From Candidatus Eiseniibacteriota bacterium (GTDB lineage: Bacteria; Eisenbacteria; RBG-16-71-46): a DNA stretch of 64,000 bases. The stretch covers positions 1,856,001 through 1,920,000 of the forward strand of contig OY970342.1 of the NCBI GenBank assembly GCA_963717505.1, given 5' to 3'. Position 1 is the stretch's first letter; each line of letters opens with the position of its first letter. The position numbers were made by a program, and so were the translations under genes. The notes beneath the pieces are model-generated. The model was not told where the DNA came from and searched no databases. It worked only from the letters and a program-made list of their open reading frames with translations. Positions 56,801 through 64,000 of this stretch are shown one piece after another.

Positions 56801-58374
56801 CCCCGACGCAGATCCAGAGCTGTCCGGGCCCCGCCGGGTCGGGTCTGTGCCAGACAATCGAGGGCACCAAGATCCTACCCGATGGTCTGTTTACGCCGGG
56901 CACGCACATCGCCTACTTCTTCAGGCGCGAGGATCTGCCGCCGTCGACGCCCTCGACGTTCCTGGCGCCCGATACGAACCAGGTGTTCCCGCAAAACTCG
57001 GAAGGCTCGACCGACGGTCACCGCTGGCAGGAAGTGTCGGTGCTGCCGGACCGGTGGAAGGACTCGGACTACATCCACCCGGTGCTCGGAACTGCGGGCA
57101 CGGGTGAAGCGTGCGTGCTGTTCGTCGACAACAACGACCGGCGCGGCAACGAGCGGGTGTTCATGGGCGTTGCCGACTCGCTCGGCATGAACGCCGCGAA
57201 CAAGCGCGGCGGCAGCAACGGATGGAGCGCTTCCGGGGACGCCGACGTCAACGATCCGACGTACTTCGTGCGCCGGCACGTCGGCCAGGCCGGCACGACG
57301 TTCGACAAGTACGACATCAAGGCGTCGGAGTCCTTGAACACGAATTCTGGCAGCATTGGCAGCCGGATTGCGTTCTCGAATCCGGCGAATACCCAGATCG
57401 AGGGCAAGCGGTCGTTCCAGGGCCCGTCGCCGACCATGCTGACCAGTTTCTACAAGATCCTGTTCACGGTGACTGGGGACCTGAACTCGAGCGTCTGGGG
57501 TCCGTTCAATAATAAGAGTTCGAACGACGCCGGCATCATGACCAGCTTCGCGACCAGCGGCGATCCGTTGGATCCCAATCGTGGCTTTTACACGATCGGC
57601 GATGGCTGGAACGAAGCCGCGACCGGTGCGGCGTACGCGTTCATCACCTCGATCCTCGGCGCCGACCTGATCAGCACCAGCTACCTGTCGTACTCCGGAA
57701 ACACGGCGCTCACCGCCCAGTTGGTTCCCACCGCCGCGCTGCCGTCGGCGTTCGGGAGCCGCTACGGCGTCCAGAACAGCTGCAGTTTCACGCTCGATGT
57801 GCAGACCCCCGTCCTGGATGAGGCGGTGGTGTCGATGGAATACGAGAAGGTGAGCGTCGAGCCCTACCCCGCGGGGATCCTCAAGCCGCATACGGCGCTC
57901 AATCCGTGGATCGCGCTGTCGGACGGCTGGGACATCGAGGTCATGTCCTCGGTCGACGGGTACTCGTCGCGCGGGCGGCTGCACTATTACTACCATGCGA
58001 TGCAGGACGCGTTCGGCACGATCGCAGGCTGCAACGTGGTCGGCGCGCCGTTGTTCATCACGGATGCTCCGAACACCGGCAACGGCCGGTTGTTCAACTT
58101 CATGAGCCTACGCAACAACCCGGTGCGCTCGGGATCGGCGACCTTCGCGATCGGGGTTGCGAAGAGCGACTGGGTGACCATCCGGATCTTCGACGTGGCC
58201 GGGCGCCTGGTACGCACGGTGGCGGACCGGAACTTCATGGCGGGTGAACACAGCGTGACCTGGGACGGAGTCGACAATGCGGGCCGGACGGCGGCGCGCG
58301 GGGTCTACTTCGCGAAGCTCGAGTACCGGAGCCAGGGGTTCAAGGACGCCGGCAAGCTGGTGCTGCTGAAGTGA
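53881..58374 (+). CDS. Giant secreted protein, paralog 2 (~1497 aa), with C-terminal FlgD-Ig/T9SS-like domain
   Basis: GGAGGTG RBS, signal peptide MRFRFALLLSIGAASLAPSLAAA, colinear with paralogs 1 and 3. Confidence 0.85.
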   Translation: MRFRFALLLSIGAASLAPSLAAAFDDLAGNPQPKLLNARMAQELRSRAASLPTSATIIDTVYVGYTPGHTADNWWSIWSGSDKFHDGGPYHRPPVQGGMWDFEPPYPHGDSLQGFTPHRVEMTGTGGLTIPDAGRPWRCLDYGNEASSIIPGVGRTHAVVGVWHVDRGDLQAVPASVNDAVDLTNGAGNGVGGVNWTPLVGGASAWMGLRRHGDNSHVDDVSRGGTGNAFTEDVMDLKDLHGAISFGGTDKRFPGYGYQMDQMLYRDVDVTGVGTLTVGFSYRTNMSTGVVTNNITRSGWFQWDPLTVITGGSNPNFIESTGNPTPPADSFMVYVGAPAESAIVLSDGASHPVYDQKRRWAGEVIRGNEGLYTQILSVGGTVAPAALLATVSAPKLATLKAATAAGVSNVVRIVFRVKTNQTFDDESVQNAGSSSNGAGAAIVDQVTISKDGSVPVVLGGFESPGEINNAMDFGPYGNKSHAQHPLNVWKSTGKPLKIYSHIHPMAGDPGRGYVPLVYQDICGQPGDLNRICNMVGVVMSVGDHDNFEASGGVFGTGEQEPFDGFWSPTVNLTGQGYTTRIINGVVTPVNNMGLSADDADPTEDFYVDYEMYTGRFDIFATGNAWRFMFKCFPGGVGTSQAGQYKRWGTGRPPGFIYFNPDKQCFRNLDAGYGNGLIRTTNASGIPDSIRIEIYPRQECYRFGVSNSENFDGAYFDNLSLSIVDGAGGDPVSIDIWQFYQDTFPSNTNDGLVGFTAAFDTTSGLLKSGINISPLTGNTSRFNVPGDTTVVNAEGDNVRVDLVFRILPGPGNYTNPGAAPAAQLLKKLPTAATPVAGAVSGSSNFWENFMADRGAMGAGTHPAPRWSPQVWNAARMDTAEVNVFQQQKRINAQPANAGLFMTAYHEDELVAPGSRRALSIPRNICFIADTAAAVSTASVICGSGAMPLGAVYPPAWAFAAIAGLAEAGTGNPLASPTQIQSCPGPAGSGLCQTIEGTKILPDGLFTPGTHIAYFFRREDLPPSTPSTFLAPDTNQVFPQNSEGSTDGHRWQEVSVLPDRWKDSDYIHPVLGTAGTGEACVLFVDNNDRRGNERVFMGVADSLGMNAANKRGGSNGWSASGDADVNDPTYFVRRHVGQAGTTFDKYDIKASESLNTNSGSIGSRIAFSNPANTQIEGKRSFQGPSPTMLTSFYKILFTVTGDLNSSVWGPFNNKSSNDAGIMTSFATSGDPLDPNRGFYTIGDGWNEAATGAAYAFITSILGADLISTSYLSYSGNTALTAQLVPTAALPSAFGSRYGVQNSCSFTLDVQTPVLDEAVVSMEYEKVSVEPYPAGILKPHTALNPWIALSDGWDIEVMSSVDGYSSRGRLHYYYHAMQDAFGTIAGCNVVGAPLFITDAPNTGNGRLFNFMSLRNNPVRSGSATFAIGVAKSDWVTIRIFDVAGRLVRTVADRNFMAGEHSVTWDGVDNAGRTAARGVYFAKLEYRSQGFKDAGKLVLLK

Positions 58375-58383
58375 CGCAGGGGT

Positions 58384-58407
58384 GAGGGGCGGGCGCGCCC
58401 GCCCCTC
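58384..58407 (+). terminator. GC-rich hairpin after paralog 2 (possible terminator)
   Basis: GAGGGGCGGG-CGCG-CCCGCCCCTC perfect stem; no U tract. Confidence 0.45.
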
Positions 58408-58437
58408 GTCGCTGCAGGAAAGATGGGTGACACGCCG

Positions 58438-58558
58438 TAGAATCACATAGGTCCTCCCTGATCCGTTGAAGCACGGCAGTTTCGATCTGGATCGCGCATG
58501 TCCCGGTTGCTGCCCGGACCTGCCCGAGCCGCTGCAGGCGCCCCTTGCAACGGAGGTG
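58438..58558 (+). promoter_or_regulatory. -10 box plus conserved structured 5' leader, copy 3
   Basis: TAGAAT, then CCTCC and TCCGTTG (complementary to CAACGGA at the RBS); shared core at 58504-58558. Confidence 0.55.
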
Positions 58559-58562
58559 TTCC

Positions 58563-61500
58563 ATGAGATTCGCCCGCTTACTGCTGCTCCTCGTAGCCGT
58601 CACCCTCCTACCCAGCTTTGCCGCCGCCGCCAGCCAAGAGGATGTCGTCGGCTTCGATCTGCAGCCGGTCATGATGAACGCACGCATGTCGCTCGCGCTG
58701 CGTGCGTGTCCGTCGGTCCCGGGTACCACCGCGCAACCGGGCTTTGGAACCGCAAGCCCTCAGCGGTACCGCGTCTGCGAGCCGCCGGTTTCCGGGACCA
58801 CGGTCGACACGGTCTTCGTCGGTTTCACTCCCGGGCACACCGCCGACAACTGGTGGTCGATCTGGTCGGGCTCCGACAACTTCCACGATGGCGGTCCCTA
58901 CCATCGCCCGCCGCAGCAGGGCGGCATGTGGGACTTCGAGGGTTCATATCCCAACGGCGACAGCCTTCAGGGCTGGACGCCGGTGCGCAACCAGATGAGC
59001 GGCACTGGTGGCCTGACCATCCCTGACCACCAGCGACCCTGGCGCTGCATCGATTACGGCAACGACGCCAGCGCTGTCATCCCGGGTGTCGGTCGCACGC
59101 ATGGTGTTACGGGCGTGTGGCACGTCGACGCGGGTGATCTGCAGCCGGTCGCTGCTTCGGTCGACGATACGCAGGACGGCCTGAATGGCGCCGGTCTGGG
59201 TGTCGGTGGTGTCAACTGGACCCCACTCGCCGGTAGTCGTTCGGCGTGGATGGGACTCCGGCGGCACGGTGACGTCACGCACGTCGACGACGTCGCGCGT
59301 GGTGGCACTGGCAACCCGTTCAACGAAGATGCAATGGTCTACAACGCGCTTGCGGGCGCAGTCTCGCTGGGCGGTACGGACAAGCGCTTCCCGGGATACG
59401 GCGATCAGATGGACCAGCTGCTGTATCGCGACGTGGACGTGACGGGCACGGGCGCCCTGACGGTTGGGTTCTCCTACCGGACGAACATGTCGACCGGTGT
59501 TGTAACCAACAACATCACGCGCAGCGGTTGGTTCCAGTGGGATCCGCTGGTTGCGAGTACCGGGGGGATCAACCCCAACTTCCTGGGCAGCACCGGCAAT
59601 CCGACGCCGCCCGCGGACTCGTTCATGGTGTACGTCGGCGCTCCGGCGGAGAGTGCGGTCGTCCTGTCGGACGGCTCCTCGCATCCGATCTTCGACAAGA
59701 AGCGCCGCTGGGCGGGCGAGGTCATCCGCGGCAACGAACGACTGTACACGCAGATCCTGAGCCGCGGCGCCACGAATGCGACCACGGCGTTCAGCGCGAC
59801 GGTGAGTGCCGCAGAGCTGGATCGGATCACGGCGTCGCCGACCGCGGGGGTCTCGAACCTGGTACGCATCGTGTTTCGGGTCAAGACCAACCAGACGTTC
59901 AGCGACGAGAGCGTGAACAACGCCGGTTCATCGTCCGAGGGCGCGGGCGCTGTGGTAGTCGACAACGTCACGATCTCGAAGGACGGTGGCGCCGCCGTGA
60001 CCATCGGTGCCTTCGAATCGGTCAACGACATCGACAACTCGACCGACTACGGTCCTTACGGCAATCAAACGCACCCGCATCACCCCCTGAATTCGTGGAA
60101 GTCGACCGGCAAGCCGACCAAGGTCTACACCCATGTCCACCCGATGGCGGGCGACCCCGGACGCGGATACATCCCGCTGGTCTATCAGGATCTGTGCGGC
60201 CAGCCGGGCAGCCCGGCGCGGATCTGCGACATGATCGGTGTGGTCGCCTCGACCGGTGACCACGACAACGCCGAATCCTCGGGGGGCACGTTCGGCACCG
60301 CCGAGCAGGAGCCGTTCGACGGCATGTGGTCGCCGACCATCAGCTTGGTCGGCCAGGGCCATACCACCCGAATCATCAACGGCGTGGTGACCCCGGTGAA
60401 CAACATCGGGCTGTCCGCCGACGACGCGGATGCCACCGAGGACTATTACATCGACTACGAGATGTATACCGGCAGGTTCAACATCTTCACCACTGGCAGC
60501 GCCTGGAGGTTGGGGGTCATGAGCTATCCAGGCGGCAACGCGGCGAGCCAGGGCGGCCAGTACAAGCGCTGGGGGATGCCGCGCTATCCGGGATGTATCT
60601 ACTTCAACCCCGACAAGCAGTGCTTCCGGAACCTCGACGCGGCATTGGGCTGGGGCATTGTCCGCACCACCAACGCCTCGGGGATTCCTGACTCGCTCAA
60701 GATATTCGTTGGGCCGCGTCAGGAGGCCTACCGCTTCGGCGTGCCGGTATCCGAGAACTTCGACGGCTGCTACTGGGACAACCTCAGCCTGGCGATCGTC
60801 GACGGGGCGGCCGCGGACCCGGCGATGGTGGACATCTGGCATTGGTACCAGGACACCTTCCCGTTCAACAGCAACGACGGACTGGTGGGGTTCACCGCGG
60901 CGTTCGACACCACGACTGCTTTGATGAAGAGCGGCATCAACATCTCGCAAACGACGGGCAACACCTCGCGCTTCACCGTGCCCGGAGACACGACCGTGGT
61001 GATCGGAGCGGGCAACAGCGTCCGAATGGACATGGTGTTCAGGGTCCTGCCCGGCCCTGGGAACTACACCAACCCAAGTGCCGTGCCGGCTGCCCAGCTT
61101 CTGAAGCGGCTGCCCACCGCGGCGACGCCGGTGGCGGGCGCGGTCTCGGGCTCGTCCAACTTCTGGGAGAACTACATGGCCGACCGGGGCGCCAAGGGCG
61201 CTGGAAGTCATCCCACTCCCGGTTGGGGCCCGCAGGTGTGGAACTCCGCGCGCATCGACACCGCGGAAGTCAACGTGTTCCAGCAGCAAAAGCGGATCAG
61301 CGCCCAGCCGGCCAACGCCAGCCTGTTCATGACGGCTTATCACGAGGACGAGTTGGTGTCCCCGGGAACCCGCCGTGCGCTGGCGATCCCCCGCAACATC
61401 TGCTTCATCGCGGACACCTCGAACGCGGTGACGACGCAAACCGTGATCTGTGGCTCGGGATCGATGCCGCTCGGTGTGGTCTATCCGCCGCTATGGGCTT

Positions 61501-63128
61501 TTGCGCCGAACTCGGGTCTGGCGAGGGCCGGCACCGGCAATCCACTGGTCTCCCAGACGCAGATCCAGAGTTGCCCCGGACCTGCCGGAGTGGGTCTGTG
61601 CCAGACGATCGAGGGCACCAAGATCCTGCCTGATGGTCTATTCACGCCGGGCACCCACATCACCTACTTCTTCCGTCGCGAGGATCTGCCGCCGGCGTTG
61701 CCCATGACCTACCTGGTGCCCGACACATCCATGGTGGTTCCGCAGCCTTCGGAAGGCTCGACCGACGGGCACCGCTGGCAGGAGGTGTCGGTGCTGCCCG
61801 ACCGCTGGAAGGACAACGACTACGTCCACCCGGTGCTCGGAGTTCCGGGCAGCGGTGAAGCGTGCGTGCTGTATGTCGACAACAATGACCGCCGGGGCAA
61901 CGAGCGGGTGTTCATGGGCGTCGCCGATAGCCTGAACATGAACAGCGCGGCCAAGCGCGGCGGCAGCAACGGCTGGAGCGCCGCGGGTGACACCGACCCC
62001 AACGACCCGGCCTACTTCGTGCGGCGTCACGTCGGCCAGGCCGGCACGACGTTCGACAAGTACGACGTCAAGGCGTCCGAGTCGCTGAACACCAACACCG
62101 GAAGCATCGGAAGCCGGATCGGGTTCTCGAACCCGGCGAACACGCAGATCAACGCCAAGCGGTCGTTCCAGGGACCTTCGCCGGTCATGCTGACCAGTTT
62201 CTACAAGGTGCTGGTCACGCTGACCGGAGACTTGAACTCGAGCATCTGGGGCCCGTTCAATAATAAGAGTTCGAACGACGCCGGCATCATGACCCAGTTC
62301 GCGACCAGCGGCGATCCGGTCGATCCCAACCGTGGTTTCTACACGGCGGGCGACGGCTGGAACGAAGCGGCCACGGGGCCGGCGTTCACCTTCATCACCA
62401 CGATCCTGGGCGCGGATCTCATCAACGTGAGCTACCTGGCGGCGTCGGGAAACACCGCGCTCGACGCCGACCTGATCCCCACCGCGGCGCTGCCCTCGCT
62501 CGTCGGCAACCTCTACGGAGTGCGCAACGCCTGCACGTTCACGCTCGACGTGCTGACGCCGGTGCTGTCGGAAGCCGTCGCGTCGATGAACTACGCGGAC
62601 CCGGATCAGACCGGACCCTATCCGGCTGGAATCTTCAAACCGCACACCGCGATCCGACCGTGGATGGCGTTGTCGGACGGCTGGGATATCGAAGTGCTGT
62701 CGTCGCCGGGCCGATATTCGTCGCGCGGGCGGCTGCACTACTACTACCACGCGTTCCAGGACGCGTTCGGCACGATCGCCGGCTGCAACGTGGTCGGCGT
62801 GCCGATTGCGACCACCGACACGCCGAACAACGGCAGCGGGCGCGTGTTCAACTTCATGAGCCTGCGCAACAACCCGGTGCGCTCGGGGTCGGCGACGTTC
62901 GCGATCGGGGTCGCGAAGAGCGACTGGGTGACCATCCGGATCTTCGACGTGGCCGGACGACTGGTACGCACGGTGGCGGACCGGAACTTCATGGCGGGCG
63001 AGCACGCGGTGACTTGGGACGGAGTCGACAATGCGGGCCGGACGGCGGCGCGCGGGGTTTACTTTGCCAAGCTCGAGTACCGCAGCCAGGGCTTCAAGGA
63101 CGCTGGCAAGCTGGTGCTGCTGAAGTAG
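58563..63128 (+). CDS. Giant secreted protein, paralog 3 (~1521 aa), with C-terminal FlgD-Ig/T9SS-like domain
   Basis: GGAGGTG RBS, signal peptide MRFARLLLLLVAVTLLPSFAAAA, colinear with paralogs 1 and 2. Confidence 0.85.
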   Translation: MRFARLLLLLVAVTLLPSFAAAASQEDVVGFDLQPVMMNARMSLALRACPSVPGTTAQPGFGTASPQRYRVCEPPVSGTTVDTVFVGFTPGHTADNWWSIWSGSDNFHDGGPYHRPPQQGGMWDFEGSYPNGDSLQGWTPVRNQMSGTGGLTIPDHQRPWRCIDYGNDASAVIPGVGRTHGVTGVWHVDAGDLQPVAASVDDTQDGLNGAGLGVGGVNWTPLAGSRSAWMGLRRHGDVTHVDDVARGGTGNPFNEDAMVYNALAGAVSLGGTDKRFPGYGDQMDQLLYRDVDVTGTGALTVGFSYRTNMSTGVVTNNITRSGWFQWDPLVASTGGINPNFLGSTGNPTPPADSFMVYVGAPAESAVVLSDGSSHPIFDKKRRWAGEVIRGNERLYTQILSRGATNATTAFSATVSAAELDRITASPTAGVSNLVRIVFRVKTNQTFSDESVNNAGSSSEGAGAVVVDNVTISKDGGAAVTIGAFESVNDIDNSTDYGPYGNQTHPHHPLNSWKSTGKPTKVYTHVHPMAGDPGRGYIPLVYQDLCGQPGSPARICDMIGVVASTGDHDNAESSGGTFGTAEQEPFDGMWSPTISLVGQGHTTRIINGVVTPVNNIGLSADDADATEDYYIDYEMYTGRFNIFTTGSAWRLGVMSYPGGNAASQGGQYKRWGMPRYPGCIYFNPDKQCFRNLDAALGWGIVRTTNASGIPDSLKIFVGPRQEAYRFGVPVSENFDGCYWDNLSLAIVDGAAADPAMVDIWHWYQDTFPFNSNDGLVGFTAAFDTTTALMKSGINISQTTGNTSRFTVPGDTTVVIGAGNSVRMDMVFRVLPGPGNYTNPSAVPAAQLLKRLPTAATPVAGAVSGSSNFWENYMADRGAKGAGSHPTPGWGPQVWNSARIDTAEVNVFQQQKRISAQPANASLFMTAYHEDELVSPGTRRALAIPRNICFIADTSNAVTTQTVICGSGSMPLGVVYPPLWAFAPNSGLARAGTGNPLVSQTQIQSCPGPAGVGLCQTIEGTKILPDGLFTPGTHITYFFRREDLPPALPMTYLVPDTSMVVPQPSEGSTDGHRWQEVSVLPDRWKDNDYVHPVLGVPGSGEACVLYVDNNDRRGNERVFMGVADSLNMNSAAKRGGSNGWSAAGDTDPNDPAYFVRRHVGQAGTTFDKYDVKASESLNTNTGSIGSRIGFSNPANTQINAKRSFQGPSPVMLTSFYKVLVTLTGDLNSSIWGPFNNKSSNDAGIMTQFATSGDPVDPNRGFYTAGDGWNEAATGPAFTFITTILGADLINVSYLAASGNTALDADLIPTAALPSLVGNLYGVRNACTFTLDVLTPVLSEAVASMNYADPDQTGPYPAGIFKPHTAIRPWMALSDGWDIEVLSSPGRYSSRGRLHYYYHAFQDAFGTIAGCNVVGVPIATTDTPNNGSGRVFNFMSLRNNPVRSGSATFAIGVAKSDWVTIRIFDVAGRLVRTVADRNFMAGEHAVTWDGVDNAGRTAARGVYFAKLEYRSQGFKDAGKLVLLK

Positions 63129-63143
63129 GAGACTCTCAATCGT

Positions 63144-63185
63144 GAACTAGCGGTTTCGCCAACGGAATGGCGAAACCGCTAGTTC
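63144..63185. terminator. Perfect 18-bp inverted repeat between convergent genes (bidirectional terminator candidate)
   Basis: GAACTAGCGGTTTCGCCA-N6-TGGCGAAACCGCTAGTTC. Confidence 0.6.
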
Positions 63186-64000
63186 GTCGCGCGCAGGTCC
63201 GCGGGCACGTGCGGCTCGGCAAGCAGTTTGCGGAACAACTCCCAGCGCTTCGAGTCGTCCGCGTCGACGCCGGCGTTGGCAGCGAGCCAGCGCCGGACTT
63301 CCGCCTTGCCGAGTCCGTAGTTGACGACGTAACTGCGGTAGCGCTCGACGAAGCGCTGGCTGCGCTCGGCGCGCTCGGGGGTGGTCGCGAGGTTCCGGAT
63401 GCGCCACGAGATCGCCTCCTCGCGCGAGACCTGGCCGTCCACGAAACGCCTTGCGATCTCGATGCCGCCGCCCTCGAGCGAGTCCACGGCCGCGTTCACC
63501 CGTGTGTAGCGCTCGTAGAGCGTGGTGTCGAGCCCCGCCAATGGGAACAGCACGCGTTTCTCGAAGGCGGCGCGTTCTTCCGGGGTGAACACCACCTCGG
63601 GAGCGAAACTCGCGCTGCCTTCCGAGATCAAGGCCAGGGGGGAATAGAGCGGGAGCACCGAGAACTCCTGCCAGCCGCGGCCACGCACCAATTCCTCTTC
63701 GATCAGGACGCTGAGGACGTGGTGTCCCGGGTAGCCTTCGTGGCAGGCCAGGTCGATCGCGCGGTCGATGTGGATCGGCAGGTCGGTGTTGACCTGGATC
63801 AGACTGCGGTAGTTGCCCTGGTACCAGTTGTAACCGCCCCACGGCTGGTCGTGAACGAACTCGAGGTCGAAGGTTTCGGAGTCGGGGAGCGCGATGTAGC
63901 GAGCGTTGCGGGCACGGGCTTCGGCGAGTGCCGCCTGGAATACGGCATCCAGTCGATCGGGGCGCACCACGAACGACTGGCGGAAGCGCTCGAGGCGTGA
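63179..64000 (-). CDS. DUF885-related protein with metallopeptidase-like motif; 5' end outside the window
   Basis: WGGYNWYQG, LACHEGYPGHH and ISEGSA motifs; the frame is open to the window end. Confidence 0.7.
   Translation of the reverse strand, partial: SRLERFRQSFVVRPDRLDAVFQAALAEARARNARYIALPDSETFDLEFVHDQPWGGYNWYQGNYRSLIQVNTDLPIHIDRAIDLACHEGYPGHHVLSVLIEEELVRGRGWQEFSVLPLYSPLALISEGSASFAPEVVFTPEERAAFEKRVLFPLAGLDTTLYERYTRVNAAVDSLEGGGIEIARRFVDGQVSREEAISWRIRNLATTPERAERSQRFVERYRSYVVNYGLGKAEVRRWLAANAGVDADDSKRWELFRKLLAEPHVPADLRATN

Noticed and set aside
3321-63005. Many long antisense or alternate-frame ORFs (e.g. 3321-5138, 10315-12255, 15511-17676, 55344-57107, 59928-61439)
   Set aside because: Arg/Pro/Ala-rich, motif-free products expected from GC-rich codon bias; they overlap well-supported genes.
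31414-63128. Diversity-generating retroelement behind paralog variation
   Set aside because: No reverse transcriptase and no TR/VR pair with adenine-specific mismatches; differences include many synonymous changes.
1-64000. CRISPR arrays, tRNA/rRNA genes, transposases or integrases
   Set aside because: None recognised by eye; the repeats seen are protein-coding repeats or paralogs.

Overview
GC-rich bacterial chromosomal window from a diderm organism. Several secreted proteins carry FlgD/T9SS-type C-terminal tails, which suggests an FCB-related candidate phylum such as Ca. Eisenbacteria (inference, not verified). Left to right: a partial CBM9/DUF5916 gene; an amidohydrolase pair; a Ser/Thr kinase-TPR, small Lys-tailed protein and VPS10/BNR propeller trio; an ECF sigma/anti-sigma/DUF4097 operon; a secreted repeat protein; a membrane protein-wHTH-uppS operon; radical SAM, lipoprotein and SDR genes. 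Next is a complex I cluster holding only hydrophilic-arm genes (apparently fused nuoBCD, nuoE, an inserted outer-membrane beta-barrel gene, nuoF, nuoG, nuoI), with many single-base frameshifts. Three ~1500-aa secreted paralogs then bracket a MacAB/ADOP-type ABC cluster, a VOC gene and a sigma54 two-component system. The strongest novelty candidate is the giant paralog family together with its shared structured 5' leader: anti-SD at the predicted 5' end, conserved core, C-rich-loop hairpins and one covarying pair. No rRNA, tRNA, CRISPR array or mobile element was recognised.
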